Shown in pieces: positions 49,352 to 58,922 of a stretch of DNA of 64,000 nt. How positions within the stretch are numbered: the stretch's first letter is position 1; each line of letters opens with the position of its first letter. A program made the position numbers and the translations under genes. Source of the stretch: Alkalispirochaeta sp. Lineage in GTDB: Bacteria; Spirochaetota; Spirochaetia; DSM-27196; Alkalispirochaetaceae. The notes under the pieces are model-generated. The model saw only the letters and a program-made list of their open reading frames with translations. It did not search any database and was not told the origin of the DNA. Where the stretch lies: NCBI GenBank assembly GCA_965601925.1, contig OZ271854.1, positions 704,001-768,000 of the forward strand, written 5' to 3'.

Positions 49352-49662
49352 CAGAGATGCCTCCTGTTGTGTGTTGTTGAACGTTATTAACTTGCAGTGA
49401 TCGTCGGTAGTATATCGTAGCCCGATCTTTATTCAAGATATTTATGTTTATTTTTTCTTTTTCACAGCATGATTCATTACTGTGAAAATATTAGTTTTGT
49501 GTTAAATCCGTGCGCTTTTCATAGAGTAACCGAAGTGCAGAAGGGACGGTGCGGCGCGTCGACGACTCCGCAACGGTATAGATCCCGCGACTATCGAGGT
49601 TGGGGAGGAGCTCACCTCGACTCACCCCTTGTCTCCTCCGAGCGCGTCCGATATCGTGGAGT

Positions 49663-50232
49663 ATGTCCGCCAAATATTATTTCAGTTACCGTCAGATTCA
49701 CAAAACCGTTAAGAGCCTCGCCGAGGCGATAACCGCCGACGGCTACGACCCGGACGTGATCGTCGCGATCGGTACCGGTGGATTCATACCCGCGCGCATC
49801 CTCAAGACGTTTATCGATCGGCCGATTCTCACCGTCGGTATCCGGTACTACGACGAGAACAACCGACCGACGGACCGTCCGCGCAAAATTCAGTGGATCG
49901 ATGAGGTGGAGAAGAAGCTCACGGGTCGCAAGATCCTCTTGGTGGACGAGGTAGACGACACGCGCACGACCCTCGAGTATTGTCTGAACGAGCTCCTCTC
50001 CCACCACCCCGCCGAGACGGCGGTCGCGGTGATGCATAAGAAAAACAAGCCGAAGCGAGGGGCGATTCCGGCAGCCGTGAGCCGCTACTACGTCGGGAAA
50101 GAGGTTGAGGATATCTGGGTCGTCTACCCGTGGGACGCCGAAGATATCGACGCCCATTGTGATAGAGCCGAACGCCGCGAGACGGCTAGCGGCGCGGTAA
50201 CGGTAGATTCCGCGCCTTCCGTTGGGTCGTAA
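49663..50232 (+). CDS. Purine phosphoribosyltransferase (type I PRT, xanthine/hypoxanthine-like)
   Basis: AIGTGGFIPARIL, PRPP loop ILLVDEVDDTRTTL, WVVYPWD. Confidence 0.9.
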   Translation: MSAKYYFSYRQIHKTVKSLAEAITADGYDPDVIVAIGTGGFIPARILKTFIDRPILTVGIRYYDENNRPTDRPRKIQWIDEVEKKLTGRKILLVDEVDDTRTTLEYCLNELLSHHPAETAVAVMHKKNKPKRGAIPAAVSRYYVGKEVEDIWVVYPWDAEDIDAHCDRAERRETASGAVTVDSAPSVGS

Positions 50233-50265
50233 CCGGTCCTGCGAGGTTCGTTGAGCGTCGCTCAG

Positions 50266-50643
50266 CTACAGCCATTCGGGATCGTAGACCGTCAACTCGC
50301 TTTCGACGGCACCGGTATTGCGGGTGCCGGCCGGTTCAAAGAGGAGTATCTCGCACTCTTCGTCCGCGATGGGGCGGTGTTCTCGGCCGCGGGGAACGAC
50401 GTAGATATCGCCGGGCCCCAAATCGACTGCGCCGTTGCGAAACTCGAGGCGTAGCGTACCCCGATGTACGAAAAAGAGTTCGTCGGTATCCTCGTGGGTA
50501 TGCCACACGAACGCGCCCTGAATTTTGGCCGCTTTGACGTGATAGTCGTTGACTTGCGCAACGATTCGCGGTTGCCATCGGTCGGAAATACGCGCGAACT
50601 TCTCTTTGAGATGTATCGCGCCCGAGACGTCGTCGGTTTTCAT
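50266..50643 (-). CDS. Cupin domain protein
   Basis: FVWHTHEDTDELF, VVPRGREHRP, LFEPAGTRNTG. Confidence 0.9.
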   Translation of the reverse strand: MKTDDVSGAIHLKEKFARISDRWQPRIVAQVNDYHVKAAKIQGAFVWHTHEDTDELFFVHRGTLRLEFRNGAVDLGPGDIYVVPRGREHRPIADEECEILLFEPAGTRNTGAVESELTVYDPEWL

Positions 50644-50724
50644 AGTGTGTAGCATAGAGCCGGAAACGCGACCGATCAATCGACCCGTACCGAAGGTCAA
50701 CGACGGAGCGCGTTACCCGCGACG

Positions 50725-53007
50725 CTACTCACTCGCCTCATCGTCGAGTCGAAACGAGGAGACGAGGGACTCCTGAAAGGAGGCCATCGCCGAGAGTTCC
50801 TGCGCCGTGAGGGCGACGGCGTCGATCTGACCGTGTAGCTTCTCGCCGGCGTCGCTTACCGCATCAAATTGTCTACCGTTCTCACGGTGAATTTCGGTTA
50901 ACGATTTGATCGTCGTTGCAACGCTCTGCGCGTTCTCCTCCATCTGCGAGAGGTCTCCAAGCACACTCTGCATCTTGGTGCGATTCGTTGACGCACTCTC
51001 GTCGATGGCGAGGAGCCGCTTCTCCGCTTCGGAGACGCTCTCGGCGCTGGAGGAGATCACCTCGATCTCCTCTTCGGCGCGCTCCGCGGTCTGTTCGGTT
51101 GCGCTCACGATCTCCTCCAAAAGGCCCGTAATCCGCTCCGTCGCACGACTCGATTGCTCCGAGAGGGCGCGTATCTCGTGGGCGACGACGGAAAACCCGG
51201 CTCCCGCCTCACCGGCGCGTGCCGCCTCGATCGATGCGTTCATTGCGAGCAAATGCGTTTGAGCGGAGATACTTTCGATCGTGCCGATGGTGGTACGAAT
51301 CTCCTGCGAGCGATCAACGAGTTTGTCGATCAGATCCCGCGTCGCATGCGCCGAGACCGAAACGCGTTCGCCGGCGGTCCGTGACGCCAGAATGGCTTCG
51401 CGACCGGATCGAGCAGTCTCGGCTACCCGCTCCGCACGTTGTGCGGCGGCTCGCGTCTCTTCGGCGACGTTGCCCACCAGTTGTACCAACCGCTCCATCG
51501 CTGCGTCGGCATCTTCAACGCGCTCCTGTTGATCGTTGAGCGCCGCGTGGACGCTCCGGAGGGTCGTATCGATACGCGCGGTTGCGGCTTGCGACTCGCC
51601 GGCGCCGGCGTTGAGCACATCACCGATCTTGGCCACGCGCCCCGCCTGCTCCTCGACCCCCAGGATCATGCCGCGTAAGTTGGACGGTTCCTGATTGTAG
51701 GTCGCCACGCGCAGGCCACGTTTGGCCGCGCGATTTACGATCGGGATGAGACGATCGCTGAAGATGGGAATCGCAAATCCGTCGAAACGCTCCGCCTCCA
51801 ACCGCTCGACCATCTCGGTCCATGAGGCTATATCGTAGGCGCTACGGCTCTTCGGCGGTAGCACAACCTCCACGGTACAGCCGCGTTCGACCAAAAGACG
51901 TTGCGCCGCAAGGGCCCCTTTGTAGACCGGCGGCCAAAAATCGTGGTTTTTGGGAATGAGAAAGGCGAGTTTGAGATGTCGGGCACTCGTCGGATTCACC
52001 GCCTCGGCGAGTCCAACCGATTCCTCGTCGACTCCCAAGAGAGTGCGAAAGTTTTCGGGGGTAATGACCGTGGGCGATACGAGCAGCTTCGGTTTCTCCG
52101 GATGCCAGGAGGAGGAAAGTGTGTTGTACAGATGTATCAGCGGGTTATACCCCTGCAGGTAAGGGCTTTGGGTTATCGTCCGCGTAAGGTACCCGGACTC
52201 GAAATACGGGGCGAACTCCGATCGCTTTCCGTGTCCGAAGAACGGTATCGTCCCGGGCTTGGCGCCGTTCATAAGAGCGTTGAGACCCGCGATCGTCGTC
52301 GCCTCCTCCAGCTGATAGATCGCCGACAAATCGGGATGACGCCGGAGGAGATCCTCGATACCGGCCGTCGTCTTCGCGGCGTCGCGGTCGGTGTGTACGG
52401 TGCCCGCGATCGTGACGTGCGGAAAGCGAGTCCCCACGGCGTGGACAAAACCCCGTTCGCGGAGTACCGAATAGTTCGTATCGTCATTGACCGCGACAAT
52501 GCCGACGCTCCCGCGGCCGCCGAGAAACGAACCGACTATCGTTCCCATGCGTTGGCCGTGTTGATAATCGTCGATGCCGGTATAACAGACGCGCCGGATC
52601 GGCTCGCCGGTGAGGCTGTTGAGCCCTTGCGCCGCGCGTTCCACCGCCTCTCCGGCGGCGGCGAGGGAGCGATGCACCGTTGAAAACTCACGCGGTCGTG
52701 ACGAGGCGAAAGCCGAAACGTCGACCGAGGCGGTGACGCACATATTGCCTCGGGCGATCTCCCACACGGCGCGCCCGAGCGGCTCGACTCCCGAGGTTCT
52801 GAGCGTTTCCATCGCGTCGTGAAGGGCGCGGACACCGCGCAGGTAGCGAAAAAAGAGAAGCCGCAGCGCCGCTAACAGGCTTATGACGGATACAAGCGCG
52901 AAGCCTACGATCACCACATCCGGACCCATACGAACAATCGAACGCGCCAGCAATACGAGGACGCCGAGCAGCGCCGCCGGCAGGTAGACGAATACCTTTT
53001 TACCCAC
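50725..53007 (-). CDS. Methyl-accepting chemotaxis protein with a cytoplasmic, circularly permuted sugar-binding-protein domain
   Basis: Two N-terminal TM helices, HAMP-like segment, RbsB-like halves in reversed order, MCP hairpin [37 protein letters not shown]. Confidence 0.88.
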   Translation of the reverse strand: MGKKVFVYLPAALLGVLVLLARSIVRMGPDVVIVGFALVSVISLLAALRLLFFRYLRGVRALHDAMETLRTSGVEPLGRAVWEIARGNMCVTASVDVSAFASSRPREFSTVHRSLAAAGEAVERAAQGLNSLTGEPIRRVCYTGIDDYQHGQRMGTIVGSFLGGRGSVGIVAVNDDTNYSVLRERGFVHAVGTRFPHVTIAGTVHTDRDAAKTTAGIEDLLRRHPDLSAIYQLEEATTIAGLNALMNGAKPGTIPFFGHGKRSEFAPYFESGYLTRTITQSPYLQGYNPLIHLYNTLSSSWHPEKPKLLVSPTVITPENFRTLLGVDEESVGLAEAVNPTSARHLKLAFLIPKNHDFWPPVYKGALAAQRLLVERGCTVEVVLPPKSRSAYDIASWTEMVERLEAERFDGFAIPIFSDRLIPIVNRAAKRGLRVATYNQEPSNLRGMILGVEEQAGRVAKIGDVLNAGAGESQAATARIDTTLRSVHAALNDQQERVEDADAAMERLVQLVGNVAEETRAAAQRAERVAETARSGREAILASRTAGERVSVSAHATRDLIDKLVDRSQEIRTTIGTIESISAQTHLLAMNASIEAARAGEAGAGFSVVAHEIRALSEQSSRATERITGLLEEIVSATEQTAERAEEEIEVISSSAESVSEAEKRLLAIDESASTNRTKMQSVLGDLSQMEENAQSVATTIKSLTEIHRENGRQFDAVSDAGEKLHGQIDAVALTAQELSAMASFQESLVSSFRLDDEASE

Positions 53008-53040
53008 TGATGTAACCTCACATACGTGATGTTACATCAG
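53007..53040. promoter_or_regulatory. Inverted repeat over the chemoreceptor promoter and RBS
   Basis: CTGATGTAAC-C-TCAC-ATAC-GTGA-T-GTTACATCAG; overlaps the -10 (TATGCT, 17 nt from TTTACG) and GAGGT RBS. Confidence 0.6.
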
Positions 53041-53180
53041 CATAACACGACCCCTATACGCCGTAAACGACAAAAGTTCACCAAGAAATAACAGACGTTC
53101 AACATGAAATCGATCCGAACTGAGGGGGCCCGCGAAGCGGTAAAAGGGCGTGCGGCGTGTCGCGACATCAACGTACGCAC

Positions 53181-54026
53181 CTACAGACGCATCTCCATCT
53201 CATATTGAGAGACGTAGCGGCGAAAACCGAGACGCACGATACCGTCGTTGGTCTTCCGATCCGCCTCGTCGATGTTCAGCGCCTTGATCTCCGACGCCGT
53301 CGAGAGAGTCGCCGCAGTGGCGACGACGCGCCGTGCACTCTCGATATCGCGCCCTTCCCATCCTACTTGCATGACGTTCCCGGTCGACGGCACGAACACG
53401 GCGTACGCCGACGGCCCCACACCGTAGTGTATGACCAGACACTCCTCGACGGTGGATACGGCCGCCTCGACGGTGTTCTGCCACGACGGACGGTGGCCCA
53501 GAAGAGGGATGAATCGAGCCATCTCATCGGCGCTTGGGCGGCCGATCGTGACCCCTTCATAGTGACGGGCGAGTACGGTTCGGTCCGCAACGTAACAATG
53601 GAGTGTTCGTACCGCCGCAAGTCCCTTTCCCGTGTACAGCGCGATCGCGGTACCATTCCCGGTAAGAACTTCCAAAAGATATCGACGGTAGTCGAGAGCT
53701 CGCAACGCGTCCGCCGCACGGTCGAAGAGTTCGGTCCCGAGCCCTCTCCCTTGACGGCTCCGGCGCACCCCCGTACCGGAGTCGTACGCTACCAACTCGC
53801 CGTCGACAATGCGGCTGCCGTTCAACACAAACGCCACCACGCTATCGCCCTCCGCAAAGGCAAACGAGTGGTCGAGGCGTACGCTACGGGCGGCAATCAT
53901 AGAAGAGAGACGCTCGACGGTCATATTGATGGGAACTTCATACTCCGAGAAGGCGTCGTTGAACGCGCCGACGATCGCAGGTAGAGGCATGCGTGCCAAG
54001 GTGACGAAATCCATACGGTTACTCAA
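53181..54026 (-). CDS. GNAT family N-acetyltransferase (tandem GNAT)
   Basis: AFNDAFSEY, GTGVRRSRQGRGLG, LEVLTGNGTAIALY; alternative ATG at 54014. Confidence 0.88.
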   Translation of the reverse strand: MSNRMDFVTLARMPLPAIVGAFNDAFSEYEVPINMTVERLSSMIAARSVRLDHSFAFAEGDSVVAFVLNGSRIVDGELVAYDSGTGVRRSRQGRGLGTELFDRAADALRALDYRRYLLEVLTGNGTAIALYTGKGLAAVRTLHCYVADRTVLARHYEGVTIGRPSADEMARFIPLLGHRPSWQNTVEAAVSTVEECLVIHYGVGPSAYAVFVPSTGNVMQVGWEGRDIESARRVVATAATLSTASEIKALNIDEADRKTNDGIVRLGFRRYVSQYEMEMRL

Positions 54027-54086
54027 AGAGACCTGCTTTCCGGGAGTAGTTCCACCGCAGCTCTCGATCGACGTGTAGTCGCGCCG

Positions 54087-54581
54087 TCACGAAGACTCGC
54101 TCTCGGTGCATCGCGAATCGCTCGCGTACATAAGATCGCCGACGAGGACGCGTACGCCGGGCTTCGCCTTCGCGGCGAGTCGTTGCAACAGCCAACGCCG
54201 TTCGTCAGGTGTCAAGTGATGCAGCGCGTAGGTGGAGACTACGAAATCGAACACGCCGAGATGGGTCCGATCGACGTACTCCATGATATCCGAATGTACG
54301 AATGAGACGGCACGGTGCTCGATCTTTGTCCGGGCAATGCGGGTCATCTCGACCGACACGTCGACGGCGGTCACGACACATCCAGCGGGAAGCGCCAGAA
54401 TGGTATTGCCCGTTCCCGTCCCGAGGTCGAGCACCGTGCCGCCCGGAGACACGTGTGCGCCTATCCATTCCAGCGTGGCTCGATAGCCCGTGCGAATCGG
54501 GTGCTCTTCTCGGGTGACGTCCGTGTCATAGTTCGCGGCGTCCCGATCGTGGTTGAAGTAGTCCGCATCGGCACTTCTCAT
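54087..54581 (-). CDS. Class I SAM-dependent methyltransferase, possibly C-terminally truncated
   Basis: VLDLGTGTGN, AVDVSVEM, VSTYALHHL, ends shortly after VLVGDLMY; GGAGG RBS. Confidence 0.75.
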   Translation of the reverse strand: MRSADADYFNHDRDAANYDTDVTREEHPIRTGYRATLEWIGAHVSPGGTVLDLGTGTGNTILALPAGCVVTAVDVSVEMTRIARTKIEHRAVSFVHSDIMEYVDRTHLGVFDFVVSTYALHHLTPDERRWLLQRLAAKAKPGVRVLVGDLMYASDSRCTESESS

Positions 54582-54721
54582 GGTACACCTCCGACGTCGC
54601 TCATTGTACGGAGCGTGAGGCGGTACGGACAAGTCACGATCCTCGACGGCGTCGCGTTGCGAGAACGTGGAATACACACTACACCCCGCCGGGGCTCCGG
54701 GCTTCGCAAGGCCGTCGCGCG

Positions 54722-55126
54722 CTATCGGCGTCGAAACGCGGCCTCGTTCAGCCGCCGCACCAATCCTTCGCGGTCCATGGAATAGATGACGAACGGGGTT
54801 CGGTACGCCGGATTACCGTGGTAGACGTGAACCGCTTTGCCGAACGAGGCGGCAAAAACGCTTCGCTCATTTTCGACTCGTTCGATCTCTTGGAGCCGCA
54901 GTACGATTTTCTTGGCGGCACCGACGACGAGTATATCGTCGTACAGGGCAAGTCGCGCAAAGGGCCAACTGTACTTGGTCCATCGGAACCGACCGCCGCA
55001 CGTCTCGGTATACAGCGCCTCTCGTCTCCCCTCCTCCGGGGCCGCTCTTTGAGCGGCGATCACCGAGTACGCGAGAAAGGCAACAATCAGGACGAAGACC
55101 GCAATGAAGGAGACCAGAGGGAGCAC
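54722..55126 (-). CDS. Small single-TM hypothetical protein (PH-like beta domain)
   Basis: N-terminal TM, then beta-rich 'WPFARLALYDDILVV...LRLQEIERVE'. Confidence 0.6.
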   Translation of the reverse strand: MLPLVSFIAVFVLIVAFLAYSVIAAQRAAPEEGRREALYTETCGGRFRWTKYSWPFARLALYDDILVVGAAKKIVLRLQEIERVENERSVFAASFGKAVHVYHGNPAYRTPFVIYSMDREGLVRRLNEAAFRRR

Positions 55127-55135
55127 GTGGAGCGC

Positions 55136-56464
55136 CTATCGCCCGCGAGGAGGCTGTCGCGCGCCCTCTCCCGGACGTCGTCCTCCCGAGGGGCCGCCCG
55201 GTGGACGCCGATCGTCGCCGAACCCTTGGTGTGACCCGCCGCTCATGAATCCCAACGCCTCACCGAATGCGAAATAGACTGCGGATCGTCCCGCGCCCTC
55301 GGAATCGGCGTGCGTCGTCGAGGTCCAGTAGAACGGGTAGTTCGTTCCACCGCCCTCATCGACGATGGCAGCGACGGAAAAAATCGGATCGATCGCCGCC
55401 GAATCGGTCGTATCGGGCGATCGCGCATAGTCGACGATACTTTGGAGCTCTTTGGCATCCGGTACGCGCCAGTCATCATACCCGGCGGCCTCCAGCCCCT
55501 CGGCCCACGCCAACGCCGCAGCCCATTCCACCGGGCCGTAATCGTCTTGCAGCCACATGAGTCCGGTGGCGAGATCGGTGACGGTTCCATCGCCGTTGTC
55601 GACGAAGTCGTTCATACCGTAGGCTTCGTTACCGCGAACGAGGAGCACGAAAAACGCGGTCTCTCCGCCACGCTGAGTCTCTATCGGATAGCCTTTGATA
55701 CGCCCGTCGGCAAAGTTCACGCCGAAGACCGTCTCGTCGCCTCCCATGGTCGTGGAGACGTAGCGGGTCGATGAGAGAAACTGCGAATCGATAATCCGTT
55801 CACCGGCCGATTCGTCCCCATACTCAAAGGCAAAAAATTCGGTATTCAAGAAAGGCACGAACGTTCCGGAACCGGTGCGCATGGATACACTGACGTCCCG
55901 TCCCCGGAAATCGATAAGGGAGTACAGCTCCTTGATGGAGGGCAGCCGCCAATCGTCGTGGTCGGCGAGCGTGAAATCGCCCACCGCGGCAAGCGCCTCG
56001 CTCCACGTCATCTTCGCTCCGGCGTCCCGTTGCCACGTGAGTCCGGTCACCTCGTCGGTGACCGTTCCGTCGCCGTTGTCCCGATACCGGGGAGCGACGC
56101 CCCGGTAGTGGGCGTCCTGTCCGTAGAAGGCGTCGCCCTCGCCGGGGCGCGTTATCGTCCCCCGTTCGTCGAAGAACGAAGCTTGCGCGGTATCCACGAT
56201 TGCGTAGGGACGTTCGGCGGACGAAGTCGATCTGACGGGTCGAACGTAGTTGTATATCCGAACGACATCGCCTTGGGGACCGTGTCCCGAAGGGTAGTCC
56301 GCCGGATCACCGCTCTTCGGATCGCTACGCTGCGCCCCGGCTCCGTGGACGTCCAGTAGCTCCGGCTCGGCGGAAGGAGCCGTGGAACCGCGAGGCGCGC
56401 CTTGGGCCTCGAGCCCTCCCGTCACAAGAGAGATCACACACGTCACAAGAACGATTTTACGCAT
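55136..56464 (-). CDS. Secreted DUF1566 (Lcl C-terminal) domain protein, two domains
   Basis: Signal peptide; two DNGDGTVTD..TGL.W....W..A.....DWR(L/V)P..KEL.S repeats. Confidence 0.88.
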   Translation of the reverse strand: MRKIVLVTCVISLVTGGLEAQGAPRGSTAPSAEPELLDVHGAGAQRSDPKSGDPADYPSGHGPQGDVVRIYNYVRPVRSTSSAERPYAIVDTAQASFFDERGTITRPGEGDAFYGQDAHYRGVAPRYRDNGDGTVTDEVTGLTWQRDAGAKMTWSEALAAVGDFTLADHDDWRLPSIKELYSLIDFRGRDVSVSMRTGSGTFVPFLNTEFFAFEYGDESAGERIIDSQFLSSTRYVSTTMGGDETVFGVNFADGRIKGYPIETQRGGETAFFVLLVRGNEAYGMNDFVDNGDGTVTDLATGLMWLQDDYGPVEWAAALAWAEGLEAAGYDDWRVPDAKELQSIVDYARSPDTTDSAAIDPIFSVAAIVDEGGGTNYPFYWTSTTHADSEGAGRSAVYFAFGEALGFMSGGSHQGFGDDRRPPGGPSGGRRPGEGARQPPRGR

Positions 56465-56645
56465 CGCCTACCCCCGAACTCGGTTCTGTCGATAAGTGTA
56501 GCACTTTTTCGTGGAGCGAGCGCGGGAGGCGGCACTGTTCACATAACGGGGTATTTCGATAAAAAAATAGTGAATAAAGCTATACATGATCTGATCTGTA
56601 ATGTACAGTCACGCCCGGGCATATCTGCCCAAAAAGGAGTAACGC

Positions 56646-57185
56646 ATGAAAAAGATCATGCTGATGATGCTGCTCATGAGTGCAGCGGTACTCGCCTTTG
56701 CAGGCGGCCAGAGCGAGGGCCAGGAGTCAGCCGGCGCATCGACACCCGACGCCATGGCGCGACCGACTCAATACGTGATCGAAAGCCCGGCGGACGTTCA
56801 GGCGGCGGTCGGACCCGACGGAGCGTGGATCATCATTTTTCAGGGTGACGTCGCGGTCGACTCGAGCGTCGTCGTGTCCGGCGAGGTAAGCCAGGAAGAG
56901 GGAGAGGCGCCTCGACGCAAAGTCGCGCTATATACCCAAGACTCGGATCGCAACGTTACGGAGCGATATACCTTGACCGTGCCGGAGCTGGTCGTCCAGC
57001 ACGTGAATGTGCGGATTCAGTCGGGCACCGTCGCCGGCGACGTCTATGTAGAGAGTGAAGGATTTCATCTCAGAGACGCGACGATCGACGGCAACGTCTA
57101 TTTCGCGACGCAGGACCTTCTGGACGGATTCGTCATGGACGAGACGTCGATGGTTACCGGCGAGATCGCCGTCGCGAGCATGTAA
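56646..57185 (+). CDS. Exported hypothetical protein with beta-helix (bactofilin-like) repeats
   Basis: Spirochaete-type signal ...AFAGGQSE; RKVALYTQD, VAGDVYV, IDGNVYF, VTGEI; AAGGAG RBS. Confidence 0.75.
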   Translation: MKKIMLMMLLMSAAVLAFAGGQSEGQESAGASTPDAMARPTQYVIESPADVQAAVGPDGAWIIIFQGDVAVDSSVVVSGEVSQEEGEAPRRKVALYTQDSDRNVTERYTLTVPELVVQHVNVRIQSGTVAGDVYVESEGFHLRDATIDGNVYFATQDLLDGFVMDETSMVTGEIAVASM

Positions 57186-57210
57186 GGATATCGCTCAGGC
57201 GATACTCGTG

Positions 57211-57238
57211 GCAGGGGCGTCAGGCCCCTGCTTTTTTT
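57211..57238 (+). terminator. Intrinsic terminator
   Basis: GCAGGGGC-GTCAG-GCCCCTGC-T7. Confidence 0.85.
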
Positions 57239-57250
57239 GGCTCCTCTTCA

Positions 57251-58807
57251 TCAATGTTCGCGAATACTGATGACGCCGGCAGTTGCGCCCATCGGACGGA
57301 AATCGCGTCGCTGCGCGGCGGCCCGCCAGTCCACATTGTCGGTGTAATACTCCAGAACGAGATTGTCGTGTCCGTGCACGAAACTCCCTAGAAGAGCCCC
57401 GATCTCCTCTCTGAGTTGCGCCACCGCGTTTCCGATCAGCCGACCGTTGAACTCTCCGTCGCCGAGCGCCACGGTCCAGTCGATAGCGGTAACGCGGCTG
57501 AAAATGCGCCCCAAATCGACGCGCTTGCGCTGAGGTAATGTATCGTCGACGGAAAAGTTCAACATATCCCTGACGTACTCGATGCCGCGCCGGGTTAATG
57601 GATGATCCGAAAGGAACCGAGCGACGTTATGCTCCGCAACGCGCGCCATTGACTTCAGAAAACCGTCGGCCACCTGTTGGTAGATCACATCGTTGGAACC
57701 CTCGAAAATCTGGAACGGGCGCGTATCGTTGGTCGATCGACCGGCAAAATGGTCCTGTCGGTATCCCTTGGCTCCCACCAGCTGGAGAACGCTCTGAGAC
57801 GCCTGCTGCATGTAGTCGCTCATGAGCGTCTTTTGAATGTTGGCGACGAGACCCTCTTTGACGAGATTCAGCTCGATACCGGAACGCTTCGCCGCCTCGC
57901 GACAAAAAGCGCTGGCCGTCGTGAACCACCCCTGGAGCTGCGCAAGGCGTCGCTGCACTTGATCGAAGGTATGCAACGCCTTTCCGCCTATAAGACGGTC
58001 GCGACAGTGGTTGAGTGCCTCGTCCAGGGAGCGACGAATGAATCCGAGCGCCATGCCGGGGAAACGCATTCGACTCCGATGGAGAAGATCCTGCATGAGC
58101 TTCGTTCCACTGCCCTCGAAACTGAGTTTATGAGCGGCGGGGACCGAGAGCTCGATACGATTGCGCCCGTAGGGGATCATATAGAGTCCGAGATTGTTAT
58201 AGTACTCCTCGACGTGAATCAACTGGTCGGGCTGCCGTGAATCGCAGAAGAAGAAGTCGATCGCCCGGTTGAGCGTCCCGTCCTCCCGCTCGCGGCGTGC
58301 GGTAACCAACCAATAGTCGGCCCAACCGGTGAGACCGGCCCAGTGCTTCTCACCGCTGATCGTAAACCGTCCACCGTCTTCGCGATAGTGCGTACGCATA
58401 CCGAGCGCATCGGTGCCGTACTCGGGCTCGGTAATCATAAGCCCACCCAACGCCCCGTCATCGCGTAGGCGCGCAAAAACCGGCGCGGCGATCGCACCGT
58501 CGGCGTACTTGGCCATAGGCTCGGCGAACAAGGCGCCGCTTATGGCGAGCATGAGGGAGAGCGGCAAGGACTCGTATGCGCTCGCCTCCAAAACTGAGAG
58601 AATCTCACCGGGATCGGCACCTCGGCCCCCGTGGATCGTCGGTATCGACGCGTCTAAGGGTTTTGCCGACAGGATCTCCTTCAAAAAGTAGGGTGGAAGG
58701 CCGCGAACGAGATTTTGCCGATCTGGATCGAGTCGCTGATTGAATAGAAAATGCAGTTTTTCTTTGAAACGCGTCATAAACGCGGCGAAGGGCTCAGAGG
58801 AATACAT
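57251..58807 (-). CDS. Acyl-CoA dehydrogenase family protein
   Basis: GGLMITEPEYGTDA, ISGEKHWAG, QLVGAKGY, FQIFEGSND. Confidence 0.88.
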   Translation of the reverse strand: MYSSEPFAAFMTRFKEKLHFLFNQRLDPDRQNLVRGLPPYFLKEILSAKPLDASIPTIHGGRGADPGEILSVLEASAYESLPLSLMLAISGALFAEPMAKYADGAIAAPVFARLRDDGALGGLMITEPEYGTDALGMRTHYREDGGRFTISGEKHWAGLTGWADYWLVTARREREDGTLNRAIDFFFCDSRQPDQLIHVEEYYNNLGLYMIPYGRNRIELSVPAAHKLSFEGSGTKLMQDLLHRSRMRFPGMALGFIRRSLDEALNHCRDRLIGGKALHTFDQVQRRLAQLQGWFTTASAFCREAAKRSGIELNLVKEGLVANIQKTLMSDYMQQASQSVLQLVGAKGYRQDHFAGRSTNDTRPFQIFEGSNDVIYQQVADGFLKSMARVAEHNVARFLSDHPLTRRGIEYVRDMLNFSVDDTLPQRKRVDLGRIFSRVTAIDWTVALGDGEFNGRLIGNAVAQLREEIGALLGSFVHGHDNLVLEYYTDNVDWRAAAQRRDFRPMGATAGVISIREH

Positions 58808-58922
58808 ACTACGAAGATACGGAAAGGCGCCGACAAAGAACAGTATTTATCGGTCAGCGCCCGACGATATCGATCGAAGTCAAACATTGACCGCCGATAT
58901 GCGCCTCAGTATCGTATGCGGC

